From Gaiellaceae bacterium (GTDB lineage Bacteria; Actinomycetota; Thermoleophilia; Gaiellales; Gaiellaceae), in NCBI GenBank assembly GCA_035266765.1, contig DATFMW010000254.1:1-26266 (forward strand): a DNA stretch of 26,266 bases. Reading direction: 5' to 3'. Shown here one piece after another: positions 24,408 to 26,266 of this stretch. The position numbers were made by a program, and so were the translations under genes. Below the pieces are notes generated by a model that saw nothing but the letters and a program-made list of their open reading frames with translations, did not search any database and had not been told where the DNA came from. How positions within the stretch are numbered: position 1 is the stretch's first letter; each line of letters opens with the position of its first letter.

Positions 24408-26266
24408 GTGTCCGAGCCTGAGTCCCGTCAGCTTCCCCCGTCCGCCCGCGCCGTGGTGATCGGCGGCGGCATCGTCGGCTCGAGCCTCGCGGGCTGGCTC
24501 TGCAAGCTCGGCTGGCATGACGTCGTCCTGCTCGACAAGGGCCCGTTCCCGAAGCCGGGCGGCTCGACCGGGCACGCGTCGAACTTCATCTACCCCGTCG
24601 ACCACTCGAAGGAGATGACGCAGCTCACCCTCGAGTCGATGCGCCAGTACCGGGAGGCGGGGACGCTGATCGAGTGCGGCGGCATCGAGGTCGCGCGCAC
24701 CGAGGAGCGGCTCGAGGAGCTGCGGCGGCGGATGGCCTCGGCGAAGTCGTGGGGCGTCGAGGACTCCCGCCTCGTCACGCCGGCCGAGATCGAGGAGCTC
24801 GTGCCGTTCGTGAACGGGGAGATCCTGCTCGGCGGCTTCTACACGCCGTCGGTCGCCGTCGTCGACTCGCTCCGCTTCGGCACGATCATGCGCGAGCAGG
24901 GTCAGGCCTCCGGTGCGCTCTCGGTCTTCCCGAACACGGAGCTGCACGGAATCGACGTCGAGGACGGCCGCGTGCGCCGCGTGCGCACGAATCGGGGCGA
25001 GACGGAGACGGAGATCGTCGTCGTCGCGTGCGGCGTCTGGAGCCCGCGCATCGCGGCGATGGCGGGCGCCTCGATCCCGCTGACGCCGGCGGTGCACCAG
25101 ATGATCGACGTCGGCCCGGTGCCGCGGTTCCTCTCCTCGAAGACCTCGATCGAGTACCCGATCGTGCGCGACATGGACACGAACATGTACGAGCGGCAGG
25201 ACGGGCAGGGCCTCGAGGTCGGCTCCTACGCGCACCGGCCGATCCTCCACGAGCCCGACGAGATCCCCTCGATCGAGGAGGCGGCGCTCTCGCCGACCGA
25301 GCTGCCGTTCACGCAGGAGGACTTCGAGCAGCAGCTCGCCGACGCGCTCGAGCTCGTGCCGGAGGTGCTCGGCGACGAGTCGGTCGGGATCAAGTACGCG
25401 ATCAACGGCCTGCTCTCGCTGACGCCGGACGGGCTGCCGCTGCTGGGCGAGACGCCCGAGGTGAAGGGGCTCTGGTCGGCGGCCGCGGTCTGGGTCAAGG
25501 AGGGCCCCGGCGTCGGCAAGTCGGTCGCGGAGTGGCTCGTTCACGGCGAGCCGGAGATCGACCTCCAGGCCTCCGACATCGCGCGCTTCTATCCCGAGCA
25601 GCGCACACCCGAGCACGTGAAGGGCCGCGCCTCCGAGGGCTTCAACAAGACGTACGGGATCGTCCATCCCTCCGAGCAGTGGGAGTCGAACCGCGGCGTC
25701 CGCAAGGCGCCGTTCTGGGAGCAGGAGCGGGAGCTCGGCGCCGTCTTCTACGAGGCGGCGGCGTGGGAGCGCCCGCAGTGGTACGAGTCGAATGCGCCGC
25801 TCGTCGAGCGCTACGGCGTCGAGTCGCGGCCGCATGAGTGGGATGCGCGCTGGTGGTCGCCGATCGTCAACGCCGAGCACCTCGCGATGCGCGAGCACGC
25901 CGCGATGTTCGACCTGACGGCGTTCTGCATCTTCGACATCGTCGGCCCGGGCGCGCTCGAGTGCGTCCAGACCGTGGCGATGCGCCAGATGGACGTGAAG
26001 ATCGGCCGCAACGTCTACACGCCGCTGCTCTCGCAGAAGGGCGGCTTCAAGAGCGACCTGACGATCATGCGCATGGGCGAGGACCGCTTCCGCGTCGTCA
26101 CCGGCGGCGCACACGGGATGGCCGACAAGAAGTGGTTCGCCGACCACGTCCCCGCCGACGGCGAGACACGGGTCGAGGATCTGACCTCGACGTTGACGAC
26201 GGTCGGGCTCTGGGGCCCGCGCGCCCGCGACGTCCTCGCCGGGATCACGAGCGACGACGTCTCGAA
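24408..26266 (+). CDS. Dimethylglycine oxidase-like flavoprotein #3 (DAO + GcvT domains), truncated at the window end
   Basis: Not in the ORF track because it has no stop in the window. Manual translation gives MSEPESRQLPPSARAVVIGGGIVG...GGSTGHASNF...AVHQMID...EVGSYAHRP...LTPDG...WERP...GGFKSDLTIMR. From memory, GGSTxHA and GSYAHRP match Arthrobacter DMGO. Confidence 0.88.
   Translation, partial: MSEPESRQLPPSARAVVIGGGIVGSSLAGWLCKLGWHDVVLLDKGPFPKPGGSTGHASNFIYPVDHSKEMTQLTLESMRQYREAGTLIECGGIEVARTEERLEELRRRMASAKSWGVEDSRLVTPAEIEELVPFVNGEILLGGFYTPSVAVVDSLRFGTIMREQGQASGALSVFPNTELHGIDVEDGRVRRVRTNRGETETEIVVVACGVWSPRIAAMAGASIPLTPAVHQMIDVGPVPRFLSSKTSIEYPIVRDMDTNMYERQDGQGLEVGSYAHRPILHEPDEIPSIEEAALSPTELPFTQEDFEQQLADALELVPEVLGDESVGIKYAINGLLSLTPDGLPLLGETPEVKGLWSAAAVWVKEGPGVGKSVAEWLVHGEPEIDLQASDIARFYPEQRTPEHVKGRASEGFNKTYGIVHPSEQWESNRGVRKAPFWEQERELGAVFYEAAAWERPQWYESNAPLVERYGVESRPHEWDARWWSPIVNAEHLAMREHAAMFDLTAFCIFDIVGPGALECVQTVAMRQMDVKIGRNVYTPLLSQKGGFKSDLTIMRMGEDRFRVVTGGAHGMADKKWFADHVPADGETRVEDLTSTLTTVGLWGPRARDVLAGITSDDVS

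Noticed and set aside
24366-26147. 593-aa antisense ORF (likewise 115-552, 15170-17695, 18857-20680, 22141-23736, 9563-11173)
   Set aside because: Antisense shadows of well-supported genes, typical of GC-rich codon usage.

Overview
This is a very GC-rich, gene-dense window with no mobile element, RNA gene or CRISPR array. Its TANNNT-type leaderless promoters and gene families point to an actinobacterium, possibly Thermoleophilia/Gaiellales (inference). It looks like a large catabolic locus for N-methylamines, choline and glycerophosphodiesters. The left part holds glpD (partial), a PHP hydrolase, a PotABCD/AfuABC-type ABC importer, a GDPD, a HAD hydrolase, an EamA transporter and a choline-kinase-like enzyme. 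The centre is an apparent operon: DMGDH/GcvT-type flavoprotein #1, APC permease, Pol-beta-superfamily nucleotidyltransferase-like protein, calcineurin-like metallophosphoesterase, GntR-UTRA regulator, and DMGDH/GcvT-type flavoprotein #2. The right part holds a ProVWX-type betaine ABC importer, fhs, a GntR-FCD regulator and a third, DMGO-like flavoprotein (partial). The best candidate for an undescribed system is the APC + nucleotidyltransferase + phosphodiesterase-type metallophosphoesterase + UTRA cassette (11172-15269). Its last three genes are joined by ATGA overlaps, and the nucleotidyltransferase lacks a canonical start codon. Other points of interest are a tandem pair of 33-bp REP-like palindromes, two bidirectional promoters with overlapping -10 boxes, a shared 16-bp candidate GntR operator, and two Lys-rich solute-binding proteins without a lipobox. 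All calls come from reading motifs by eye; no database search was run.
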